DNA of 50,349 nt from Casimicrobiaceae bacterium (GTDB lineage: Bacteria; Pseudomonadota; Gammaproteobacteria; Burkholderiales; Casimicrobiaceae), in NCBI GenBank assembly GCA_050742615.1, contig JBOIGD010000105.1, positions 1 through 50,349 on the forward strand, read 5' to 3'. Under the pieces are notes generated by a model. The model saw only the letters and a list, made by a program, of their open reading frames with translations, did no database searches and was not told where the DNA came from. Within the stretch, counting starts at the first letter, position 1. Every line of letters begins with the position of its first letter. Positions 8,939-17,706 of the stretch are shown here, one piece after another. The translations under genes and the position numbers were made by a program.

Positions 8939-9958
8939 ATGAACTTCTGCAGCGACAACATCAGCGGCGTCCATCCGCGCATCCTCGAAGCCCTAATCGC
9001 GGGCAACGGAGGCGACGTCATGCCCTATGGTGCCGACCCTTACACCCAGCGGGCGGAAGCGCGTTTATGCGCCGTTTTCGAGCGCGACCACGCGGTCGCC
9101 ATGGTGCCGACAGGTACCGCGGCCAACGCCCTGGCGCTTAGCATCCTCGCCTCGCCGATCTCGGCGATCTTCTGCCGGTCCGGCGCACACCTGCAGGACA
9201 ACGAAGCGGGCGCGTCGTTGATGTACACCGGCGGCGCCCGGCTCGTCAGCATCGACGGCAGGAACGGCCTGATCGACCCGGGAGACCTGGATCGCGCGCT
9301 AGCCGGCTTCGATCCGGGGCGCACGTTGTCCCAGCCCGCCGCGGTCAGCGTCACCCAGGCGAGCGAATTCGGCACCGTCTACAGCTTGCAGCATCTTCGC
9401 GACATCGCCGACGTCTGCCGGCGCCATGGCGTTCGCTTGCATATGGACGGCGCGCGGTTTGCCAATGCGCTGGCGCACCTCGGCTGCCAGCCGGCGGAGA
9501 TGAGCTGGCGGGCCGGCGTCGATGTGCTGTCGTTCGGCGCCACGAAAAACGGTGCCATGGCCGCGGACGCGGTCCTGGTCTTCGACCCGGCGCTCGCCGC
9601 CGGCCTGCGCATGCGGCAAAAGCGCGGCGGGCTGATCTTGTCCAAGCACCGCTTCCTGAGCATCCAGTTGGACGCCTACCTCACCGACGGCCTGTGGCTG
9701 GAGCTGGCACGCGCTGCCAACGCGCGCGCGGCGGAGCTAGCAGGGGGATTGGCGCGCTGCGGGCACGCAGAAATCCTCCATCCGGTCGAGGCGAACGAAG
9801 TCTTCGTCCGGCTTCCCGAAAGCACGCTCGCCAGCCTGGAGGCCAAAGGCTTCCAGTTCTACCGCCGGGGCGGCGGAATGATCCGGCTGGTCACCGCTTG
9901 TACCACCTCGCCGGGAGACGTCGCGTCGTTCGTCGCGGCCGTTGCCGAAAGCACTTAG
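8939..9958 (+). CDS. ltaE: Low-specificity L-threonine aldolase (PLP-dependent, Beta_elim_lyase family)
   Basis: MNFCSDNISGVHPRILEAL...YGADPYT...MVPTGTAANALAL...SFGATKNG (PLP lysine region). ATG at 8939; the track start (TTG at 8891) is an upstream alternative. Confidence 0.8.
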   Translation: MNFCSDNISGVHPRILEALIAGNGGDVMPYGADPYTQRAEARLCAVFERDHAVAMVPTGTAANALALSILASPISAIFCRSGAHLQDNEAGASLMYTGGARLVSIDGRNGLIDPGDLDRALAGFDPGRTLSQPAAVSVTQASEFGTVYSLQHLRDIADVCRRHGVRLHMDGARFANALAHLGCQPAEMSWRAGVDVLSFGATKNGAMAADAVLVFDPALAAGLRMRQKRGGLILSKHRFLSIQLDAYLTDGLWLELARAANARAAELAGGLARCGHAEILHPVEANEVFVRLPESTLASLEAKGFQFYRRGGGMIRLVTACTTSPGDVASFVAAVAEST

Positions 9959-10277
9959 CGCGGAGCAGCACAGCCGATCGCGAAGAAGCGTAAGGTTGCG
10001 CTTGCAACGGCCTCGCCATTTTCGTAAACCATCCCCAGTTTGAACTGATCGCCGACATCCCCTGGTCGGCCGCCTTGCGAAACCAGGCTACCGCCTGCGC
10101 GTAGTCCTTCTGCACGCCATTGCACTTGGCGTATATCAGTTCCAGGTCGTACTGAGCCGTCACTTCTCCCTGCGTCGCCGCTTTTTGAAACAACGCAACT
10201 GCCATTTTGTCGTCCCGCTTCGCGCCATCGCCCGTTGCATACATCACGCCCAGTTCGAGTTGGGCTTCCGAAACCAT
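9955..10277 (-). pseudogene. Sel1-repeat (TPR-like) protein remnant, N-terminally truncated and frameshifted
   Basis: The track ORF 9891-10277 reads EAQLELGVMYATGDGAKRDDKMAVALFQKAATQGEVTAQYDLELIYAKCNGVQKDYAQAVAWFRKAADQG, then loses the repeat pattern. Shifting one base near 10060 restores DVGDQFKLGMVYENGE... and ends at a TAA (9955-9957). There is no signal peptide and it starts mid-repeat. Confidence 0.5.
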
Positions 10278-10461
10278 GCCCTGACCTGTGTTTTCGACTC
10301 GGTCACGGTTCTATCCCGCGTAAACCCATAGGCCATAGTCGGCCATAGGGGTATCGTAGCGTCGTGTCTCTTACTGCGATAGTCGCGCAAGGCTCAAAGC
10401 ACTGTTTGTGGCGGGCCGTGCTCCGATCTGCTACCGGATACCCTCGACGTTTCGGGCAACG

Positions 10462-13032
10462 ATGATTCAACCCATTGAGGGGATGCCGACCAGACGGGAC
10501 GCGAAAAATTCGCTGCCCCGCACATTGGTGGGTCGAAATGAACCTTGCCCCTGCGACAGCGGTAGTCGCTATAAGCAGTGTTGTGGCAGGCTGACCTCCG
10601 ACACGCTATCGCCACCCTTCCAGTCATTCGACGCAATCATGGACCGAGCCCTGACGGCACAGCGGTCCGGGCGCCTGGAATCGGCCGAAGAATTTTACCG
10701 GGAAGCGCTGAATATGCAGCCCAAGCATCCCGACGCACTACATATGCTGGGGGTCGTCCTATACAGCCAATGCCGATATCGGGAGTCAGCGCCGCTAATC
10801 CGCTCGGCAGGCGAACTGACCTCGTGGAAACTGCCTGGCGTGTTGCACAATTATGGCTTGGTATTGGGAGTCCGATTGAGTGGGCGGGATGTCGAACGTC
10901 GCGCCCGCGTCAGGCTCGAATATCGGCTATGGTCGGCCGAATGCGCGGTGATGCGTACCATGCAGGAGCCGCTCGTGAGCGTCGTCGTGCCCTCCTATAA
11001 CCATGCCGCCTACATCGAGGAGGCCCTGCACTCGGTATTTGCCCAAACCTACCGTGATCTGGAACTGATCGTGATCGATGATGGCTCCCTTGACGCTTCT
11101 CCCGACATCATTCGCAAAAAACTGCTTGACTGCCCTTTCCCACACCGCTTCATCGCGCGCGACAACCGGGGCGCGCATAGCACGCTGAACGAAGCGATCA
11201 TGCTGGCGAAGGGGATGTACATCAATCCCCTTAATTCCGATGATCGCTTCGAGCCCTCGCGCATGGAGGAGATGGTCGCCGCTATCTCCCGCGCCGGCTA
11301 TGAGTGGGGTTTCTCAAGATGTGCCTGTATCGACTCCATCGGCGCCAGGATTGCCAGCGGCAGTGACCCGCTGATCAAGGACATCACGGGCATCGAGGAA
11401 ATGATCCTGAGTGCCGATACCGTAGGTACCGCGTTTGTTGGGCACAATGTCGCCACCTCCACAAGCAACCTGTTTTTTTCCAGGGATCTGTTCATTCGCC
11501 TCGCCGGCTTCAACGCCTTCTACTCGAACCACGACTGGGATTTCTGCCTACGCGCGCTTTGGCTTGCCGAGCCCTGTTTCGTGCCAGCTGACCTGCTCCA
11601 ATACCGATTGCATGGCACGAATACTATCCGGGAGTCGACGCAGCGAAACAAGTCCGAAGCCGATCAGCTAATCGCCGATTTTCACAGACGCGCGCTATCC
11701 GAGGAACCCGGCAATCCTTTCGCGCCGAGTCGGCGCACGACGGGCATCGGCTATATCGCAACGGGACTGAGGAAAGGCCACGGCGTCGCACTGGAACCCT
11801 CGACACTAAAGAGCCTCGATGACGAACTAAACCTACTGGACGAGCAGAACAGGACGCGATCCGAGCAAACGTCGCCGAATGGCCTGAGCATTGTCGGTTA
11901 TTTCAGCGGCGAGTTCGGGCTCGCGGAGAGCGTGCGCGCGTTGGCCTCCACCTGCCTTCGGCGGGGCATTGCCGCCTCGTTCCGTGACGCCGAATTAGAG
12001 TTAGGATCGCGGCAAGCCAACCGCGTCATGGACAATATGCTCTCTGAGCGCATGCCCTACAAGCCCGTTTTGTTCTACCTCAATCCGGACGCGCTTGCTT
12101 CGGTGTTGCTTCGGCTCAAAGAGCGTGGCGAGCTCGAGAATAGGTACGTGATCGGCTACTGGTACTGGGAAATAGACGCCTTCCCTAGGAAATGGGAGAA
12201 AGCGCTCGGCATGGTCGATGAGATCTGGGTCGCCACCGATTTTGTCTTGAACATCGTCAAGCGCGCCACGACAAGACCGGTCATCAAGATTCCGCACGCG
12301 GTGGATATCACGCTGCCGCGCGACTATCGTCGTTCCGAATTCTCTCTGCCCGAAGACAGGTTCATCTTTCTGTTCACGTTCGATTTCGGATCCTATGCGG
12401 AGCGAAAAAACCCGCAGGCGGTGGTCGAGGCATTCACCCGCGCCTTCGGGAGCCAAGACAGCCGGGTCGGGCTCGTGGTTAAGTGCTCCCAAGGGCACAA
12501 ATTTCCGGAAAAGCTCGATGGTTTGCTTGGCCTAGCCAGAGACGATCCACGCATCGTCATCTTGGACAAACTGCTGTCCAGGGAAGATGTCTACGGTTTA
12601 CAGAGCGTATGCGACGCCTATGTCTCACTGCATCGCGCGGAAGGTCTCGGCCTTGGCATGGCCGAATGCATGGCACAGGGCAAGCCGGTCATTGGTACTG
12701 CCTACTCGGGGAATATGGAATTCATGAATGTCGACAACAGTTGCCTTGTCGATTACCGCCTGATCCCGCTCAGGCCCGGCCAATTCATCGATTACGAGCC
12801 TGGCTGGCAGTGGGCGGACGCGGATATCGACCAGGCGGCGGGCTATATGCGCCGACTCGTCGAAGATCCGAAATACAGGAACCGGATCGCCGATCGAGCA
12901 GCATCGGATATGGCTGGCCAGTATAACCATGCCGCGGTTGGCCGCGCTATCAAACATCGCCTTGCCGAATTGGAGCGACTGCAATTTGTTCACGTTCCCG
13001 GGCAGGAATTGACAACCGAAAATTCCAATTAG
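10462..13032 (+). CDS. Multidomain glycosyltransferase: N-terminal SEC-C zinc motif, TPR, GT2 domain, C-terminal GT4/GT1-type domain
   Basis: The SEC-C motif CPCDSGSRYKQCCG lies at nt 10546-10587. TPR-like segment: AEEFYREALNMQPKHPDALHMLGVVLY. GT2 signature: VSVVVPSYNHAAYIEEALHSVFAQTYRDLELIVIDDGS. GT-B C-terminal signature: AYVSLHRAEGLGLGMAECMAQGKPVIGTAYSGNMEFM. Start ATG at 10462, or GTG at 10408 as in the track. Confidence 0.8.
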   Translation: MIQPIEGMPTRRDAKNSLPRTLVGRNEPCPCDSGSRYKQCCGRLTSDTLSPPFQSFDAIMDRALTAQRSGRLESAEEFYREALNMQPKHPDALHMLGVVLYSQCRYRESAPLIRSAGELTSWKLPGVLHNYGLVLGVRLSGRDVERRARVRLEYRLWSAECAVMRTMQEPLVSVVVPSYNHAAYIEEALHSVFAQTYRDLELIVIDDGSLDASPDIIRKKLLDCPFPHRFIARDNRGAHSTLNEAIMLAKGMYINPLNSDDRFEPSRMEEMVAAISRAGYEWGFSRCACIDSIGARIASGSDPLIKDITGIEEMILSADTVGTAFVGHNVATSTSNLFFSRDLFIRLAGFNAFYSNHDWDFCLRALWLAEPCFVPADLLQYRLHGTNTIRESTQRNKSEADQLIADFHRRALSEEPGNPFAPSRRTTGIGYIATGLRKGHGVALEPSTLKSLDDELNLLDEQNRTRSEQTSPNGLSIVGYFSGEFGLAESVRALASTCLRRGIAASFRDAELELGSRQANRVMDNMLSERMPYKPVLFYLNPDALASVLLRLKERGELENRYVIGYWYWEIDAFPRKWEKALGMVDEIWVATDFVLNIVKRATTRPVIKIPHAVDITLPRDYRRSEFSLPEDRFIFLFTFDFGSYAERKNPQAVVEAFTRAFGSQDSRVGLVVKCSQGHKFPEKLDGLLGLARDDPRIVILDKLLSREDVYGLQSVCDAYVSLHRAEGLGLGMAECMAQGKPVIGTAYSGNMEFMNVDNSCLVDYRLIPLRPGQFIDYEPGWQWADADIDQAAGYMRRLVEDPKYRNRIADRAASDMAGQYNHAAVGRAIKHRLAELERLQFVHVPGQELTTENSN

Positions 13033-13085
13033 CACAAGTCCCGTCTTTCGAATTGTGAAATCCGGGCCGCCACCCCTGTCCAAAC

Positions 13086-13769
13086 ATGATTAACCGCAAC
13101 GGCCTTTGCACATGCGGTAGCGGCAAGCGCTACAAACACTGTTGCGGTGCGATATTAGCGGATTCGCATTCGATCCCTCCGAACAACGGTGTGCCGCTCA
13201 AGGTAAGGAAGACATTTGTCGTCTTGGGCTCTCCGCGAGGTGGCACCTCCTTGATCGCAGGAGCACTGCACTACGCAGGCGTGTACATGGGTGACTTCCG
13301 CACCACCCAGTATGAAGCTCCCGACTTCAAGATACGGCCCACTGAGGCGCACGACGCCGTTGGGCGACTGCGCGAGATAATTGCCCGCAGAAATGAAGAT
13401 CATTCATTCTGGGGCTGGAAGGTTCCAAACAGCATTTACTACATTCGAAGCATCGTGCACCTGCTCCGTGACCCGGTTTTCATGTTCGTGTATCGCGACG
13501 TTCTGGAGATCGCACGCTCCTCGGCCAAACACGACAACAAGGATTGGGACGTGGAGGGGCCGAAACTGATCGACGTTGCCAAGAACCACACCGGCAGAGT
13601 TCAGGAATTTCAGGCGTCGCTACGAAAGCCGCACCACGTGTTTCAATTGGCCGAAATTCATTCCGACCCCGAGAGGTTCGTCGCCGCCCTGGTCGAGATC
13701 ATCCAACCTCTGCAAGCCGATCCTGCACCCATTCTTCGATTCGTGGACCGTTACGGCGGATACCACTGA
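13086..13769 (+). CDS. Sulfotransferase-family protein with N-terminal SEC-C zinc motif
   Basis: MINRNGLCTCGSGKRYKHCCG (motif at nt 13107-13148). This is followed by a PAPS-loop-like VVLGSPRGGTSLIAGAL, then FWGWKVPNS...VFMFVYRDVLEIARS. These match the 5'-PSB and 3'-PB regions and align by eye with the sulfotransferase at 33629-34639. Confidence 0.65.
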   Translation: MINRNGLCTCGSGKRYKHCCGAILADSHSIPPNNGVPLKVRKTFVVLGSPRGGTSLIAGALHYAGVYMGDFRTTQYEAPDFKIRPTEAHDAVGRLREIIARRNEDHSFWGWKVPNSIYYIRSIVHLLRDPVFMFVYRDVLEIARSSAKHDNKDWDVEGPKLIDVAKNHTGRVQEFQASLRKPHHVFQLAEIHSDPERFVAALVEIIQPLQADPAPILRFVDRYGGYH

Positions 13770-13943
13770 GGAACTAGTGGCCGGCCCATCGCATGGCCGT
13801 CATCGGCAACGAAGCCGGTCCGCACGTTCATTGGGCCGGCGGAGGAGTTGCCGCCGATGAAGGGCACGAAGACGACTTTGCAGCCGCTGCACGGCTTGAT
13901 TCCAAGACCATTCGCCTACGAAGATCGCGTACCTGAATCGGTC

Positions 13944-14050
13944 GCCGGGGCGGCGGAGCTATCCGCCCGGTCACCGCTTGTACGACCTCGCCGGAAGACG
14001 TCGCGTCGTTCGCCGAAGCCGTTGGGGAAAGCACTTGGACGGGAGAAGCG
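13944..14050 (+). pseudogene. Diverged duplicate of the 3' end of the threonine aldolase gene (relic/recombination scar)
   Basis: Ungapped alignment to 9863-9969 at a constant offset of 4081 nt, with 90 of 107 positions identical by hand count. It translates to RGGGAIRPVTACTTSPEDVASFAEAVGESTW, against RRGGGMIRLVTACTTSPGDVASFVAAVAEST* in the intact gene. There is no upstream aldolase sequence. Confidence 0.75.
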
Positions 14051-14098
14051 AAGCGAGACACTCTGCCTACGTGCCGCGAATATTGCAGCGTTCGGCAT

Positions 14099-16672
14099 TC
14101 ATCGCGCCGATCTAGGCGAGGTTGGCCTCGCCATCCGCCGCCGATGCGCGAGGATGATGAAGATCAGGATCATGACCGCCGGAAGGAACAGCCATTCCTT
14201 GGCAGGTCGGGGACGCTCGGTTTCGATTCCTGTCACCATGAAGCTCTGCTCGAACCCGGCCTTGTCGGCAGGACTGTGAAGCGCGACCGACATGATCTGC
14301 AGACCCGTTGGTAGCGCCATCACGCGCAGGCCCGCGCCGGCGATGCGCTGCGCACCACTGTCTCCGGCCGCCAGCGGCAGCAGCACCGATTTGCGGACCC
14401 GCCTGCCTTCGAGCGTCGTGCCGGCAATGCGCACCCGAAGGCCGGCTCCGGGAGGCGCTGTATCGGCCTGCTGCATCAGCGCCTGCGGGGGGAGCACGTC
14501 GTAGCGCGGCAAAGCCAAGTCGAGCCAGAAGCCTGGCCGCAGCAGCGTGAACGTGACGAGCAGCAACAAGGCGGACTCATACGAGCGATTGCGCGTCAGC
14601 AGCCAGCCCTGCGTACCGGCCGCGAACGCCAGCATGGCGGTGATCGCCGCTGCGACTATCAGTATCAGTTGCGACCACGACGCGATGTCGATCAGCAAGA
14701 GCTGCGGATTGAAGATGAACATGAAGGGAAGGATCCCGGTGCGGATGCTGTACAAGAACGCCGTAATGCCGGTGCGGATCGGATCCGCACGCGAAATCGC
14801 TGCGGCAGCGAACGATGCCAGTCCCACCGGTGGCGTGACGTCCGCCATCAGCCCGAAATAAAACACGAACATGTGAATGGCGACCAGCGGCACGATGAGG
14901 CCGGCCTGCGCTCCAAGCTCGACCACCACCGGCGCCATCAATGTAGAGACGACGATGTAGCTCGCCGTGGTCGGCATGCCCATTCCAAGCACAAGACAAA
15001 TGAACGCGACGAGAAATAACATCGCAATGATGTTTCCCGCCGAAACCGTCTCGACGAATTCGGTCATGACCAGCCCGAGGCCCGTGACAGAGACCGTGCC
15101 TACGACGATGCCCGCCGCCGCGGTCGCGACCGCGATTCCGATCATGTTGCGCGCGCCCCGCTCCAGCCCGTCCATCAAGTCGGCGAAACCGGCTCGGCAT
15201 ATCATGGACGTTACAGGCTGACGACGAAAGAACGCCAGTAACGGCCTCTGCGTGACGAGAATTACGATGAGCAGAATGGCGGCATAGAACGCCGACAGTC
15301 CCGGGGACAATTCTTCCACCAGCAGCGCCCAAACAAGGACGATCACCGGCAGCAGGAAATGCAGCCCGGCGAGCAATGTCTGCTTGACCGGCGGCAAGGC
15401 CAGCACCGGCGCGGTAGGATCCTCGATGGTAAGATCGGGCTCGGCCGCGACCTGGCGCACGAGCAGCACGTACACGACGGCGATCAGCCCCGCAATAACC
15501 CATGACGCCGCACTTCCCAACAGCGGCTTGAGCCACGCGAGAGCGTAGTAGACGACGTTGGCGACCACGACGATGCCGGCTACCGTCATTAGCACGCCGG
15601 CCAATCGCCGCCAGCCGGAAAAATTGGCGGGGCGTGGCAGGCCGGAAATGCCCGCCTTGCACGCTTCCAGGTGGACGATGTAGAACAACGCGATGTAGGA
15701 AATGATCGCGGGTAGGAAAGCGTTCTTGACGATCTCCGAATACGGTACGCCGACGTATTCCGCCATCAGGAAAGCGGCAGCCCCCATCACCGGCGGCATG
15801 ATCTGGCCGTCGACGCCGGCCGCTACCTCGATAGCGCCCGCCTTCTCGGCCGAGTAGCCCACGCGCTTCATCAGCGGAATCGTGAAGGTGCCGCAGGTAA
15901 CCACGTTCGCCACCGACGACCCGGATATCATGCCCATCAGGCCCGACGAGACGACCGCCGCCTTGGCCGGCCCCCCACGCATGTGGCCGAGCAGCGAAAA
16001 TGCGACCTTGATGAAGTAGTTCCCCGCCCCGGCCTTTTCGAGCAACGCGCCGAAGAGCACGAACAGAAAGATGTAGCTGGCCGAGACCCCCAACGCGACG
16101 CCGAACACGCCCTCGGTCGTGAGCCAGTAATGCGACACTGCCTTGCTGATCGAGATGCCCTTGTGGGCGATGACGTCCGGCATGTGCGGCCCCGCGAACG
16201 CGTACCCCAGCATCAGGATGGCGATGATCGCCAGCGGGGGGCCGACGACACGCCGCGTCGCCTCGAGCAGCAGCAGCATGCCGATGATGGCCGATACGGT
16301 ATCGAGCATCGTCGGCTCGCCGGGCCGGTTCGAAATCTCGCGGTAGAACAGAAACAGGTACGCCGCGCAGAACGCGGCGCCCGCCGCGAGCAGCCAGTCC
16401 TGCGTGGGAATGCGATCGCGGGGCGAACGCTTGGCGAATGGGAAGACGAGGTACGCGAGAAACAGGCCGAAGCCGAGATGCAGCGAGCGCATCTCGGTCG
16501 AATTGAGCACGAACGCGTTGACGATGAAGGGAAGCGGCGACGAGTACCACAGCTGCAGCAGCGACCAGGCGACGCAAGTCCACGCAATGACGCGCGCGAC
16601 CGGCCCGGAAGGCCGACGCCCTCCGAGGTCGGCCTCCTGGACCAGTGTAGCGGCGTCAACGTGATCGATCAC
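14099..16672 (-). CDS. TRAP transporter fused permease (TAXI-type 4TM/12TM fusion with C-terminal extension)
   Basis: Very hydrophobic ORF of about 857 aa. The GTG at 16672 is preceded by AAGGAAAGGA and lies just after the stop of the binding-protein gene. The C-terminal ~150 aa are a soluble segment plus a final TM helix, as seen in many fused TRAP permeases. Confidence 0.88.
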   Translation of the reverse strand: MIDHVDAATLVQEADLGGRRPSGPVARVIAWTCVAWSLLQLWYSSPLPFIVNAFVLNSTEMRSLHLGFGLFLAYLVFPFAKRSPRDRIPTQDWLLAAGAAFCAAYLFLFYREISNRPGEPTMLDTVSAIIGMLLLLEATRRVVGPPLAIIAILMLGYAFAGPHMPDVIAHKGISISKAVSHYWLTTEGVFGVALGVSASYIFLFVLFGALLEKAGAGNYFIKVAFSLLGHMRGGPAKAAVVSSGLMGMISGSSVANVVTCGTFTIPLMKRVGYSAEKAGAIEVAAGVDGQIMPPVMGAAAFLMAEYVGVPYSEIVKNAFLPAIISYIALFYIVHLEACKAGISGLPRPANFSGWRRLAGVLMTVAGIVVVANVVYYALAWLKPLLGSAASWVIAGLIAVVYVLLVRQVAAEPDLTIEDPTAPVLALPPVKQTLLAGLHFLLPVIVLVWALLVEELSPGLSAFYAAILLIVILVTQRPLLAFFRRQPVTSMICRAGFADLMDGLERGARNMIGIAVATAAAGIVVGTVSVTGLGLVMTEFVETVSAGNIIAMLFLVAFICLVLGMGMPTTASYIVVSTLMAPVVVELGAQAGLIVPLVAIHMFVFYFGLMADVTPPVGLASFAAAAISRADPIRTGITAFLYSIRTGILPFMFIFNPQLLLIDIASWSQLILIVAAAITAMLAFAAGTQGWLLTRNRSYESALLLLVTFTLLRPGFWLDLALPRYDVLPPQALMQQADTAPPGAGLRVRIAGTTLEGRRVRKSVLLPLAAGDSGAQRIAGAGLRVMALPTGLQIMSVALHSPADKAGFEQSFMVTGIETERPRPAKEWLFLPAVMILIFIILAHRRRMARPTSPRSAR

Positions 16673-16688
16673 AGCGACTATCCTTTCC

Positions 16689-17684
16689 TTACTTGATCCA
16701 GCCCTTCTCCTTGTAATAGCGCAGCGCGCCCTCATGGATGGGCGCCGAGATCCCGTCCTTGATCATCCGCTGGGCGTCAAGATGGGCGAACGCCGGGTGC
16801 AGCTTCTTGAACTCGTCGAGATTGTCGAACACGGCCTTGGTGATCACGTACACGACATCGGCGGGTACCTTGCTCGAGGTCACCATCGTCGCGGTCACGC
16901 CGTAGGTCGGCGTCGGCTGCGGGTTGTTGGCGTAGATTCCGCCCGGAATCGTGACCTTGGCATAGTACGTATGCTTCTTCACAAGCTCATCGACGGCGGC
17001 ATCCGCAAGCGGCACGAGCTTCGCGCCGCAGGTCGTGGTCGGATCCTGGATGTTCGCCGACGGATGCCCGACGCCATAGAAGAAGGCATCAATCTTGTTG
17101 TCGCACAGCGCCGGTCCGTGCTCATCCGCCTTGAGCTGGGAGGCGAGTGCGAAGTCCGACATCTTCATGTTCTCCGCCGCGAGCAGCTCTTCCATCGCCG
17201 AAAGGGTACCCGATCCCGGGTTACCGACGTTGACCCGCTTGCCCTTGAGGTCGCTGAATTGCTTGATATTGGCTTCCTTTCGCGCCACCAGCGTAAACGG
17301 CTCGGGATGCACCGAGAACACCGCGCGCAGATCCTTGTCCGCCTCCTTGAACGGCGCAACGCCGTGATAGGTCTGATACTGGACGTCGGATTGGGCCATC
17401 CCGAAGTCGAGCTCGCCGCTCTTGACCGCGTTGGCGTTGTAGACCGAGCCGCCGGTCGACTCGACCGAGCAGCGGATGCCGGTCTTCGCGCGGTCCTTGT
17501 TGACCAGCCGGCAGATCGCGCCGCCGACCGCGTAGTAGACGCCGGTGACACCGCCGGTGCCGATGGTCACGAATTTCTGCTGTGCCATGACGGGCAATGG
17601 CACCGCAAGCGCACAAGCGAGCGCGAGCCCCGAAAAGATGGCGGCGTATCGGATCCGGCATGCTTTCAACAGCGACGTGTTCAT
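16689..17684 (-). CDS. TAXI-family TRAP transporter solute-binding subunit
   Basis: The ATG at 17684 is preceded by GAGGAG. Signal peptide [36 protein letters not shown], then [25 protein letters not shown], the hallmark TAXI opening. Confidence 0.9.
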   Translation of the reverse strand: MNTSLLKACRIRYAAIFSGLALACALAVPLPVMAQQKFVTIGTGGVTGVYYAVGGAICRLVNKDRAKTGIRCSVESTGGSVYNANAVKSGELDFGMAQSDVQYQTYHGVAPFKEADKDLRAVFSVHPEPFTLVARKEANIKQFSDLKGKRVNVGNPGSGTLSAMEELLAAENMKMSDFALASQLKADEHGPALCDNKIDAFFYGVGHPSANIQDPTTTCGAKLVPLADAAVDELVKKHTYYAKVTIPGGIYANNPQPTPTYGVTATMVTSSKVPADVVYVITKAVFDNLDEFKKLHPAFAHLDAQRMIKDGISAPIHEGALRYYKEKGWIK

Positions 17685-17706
17685 GGTTGCTCTCCTCAAC
17701 GGTTGC

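Noticed and set aside
13775-13940. Coding-like minus-strand fragment (ANGLGIKPCSGCKVVFVPFIGGNSSAGPMNVRTGFVADDGHAMGRP...) between the sulfotransferase and the ltaE relic
   Set aside because: It has strong GC3 bias, but it is preceded by a stop, has no start codon, and I could not assign a family. It may be another gene relic at the cassette junction, but the evidence is too thin to call.
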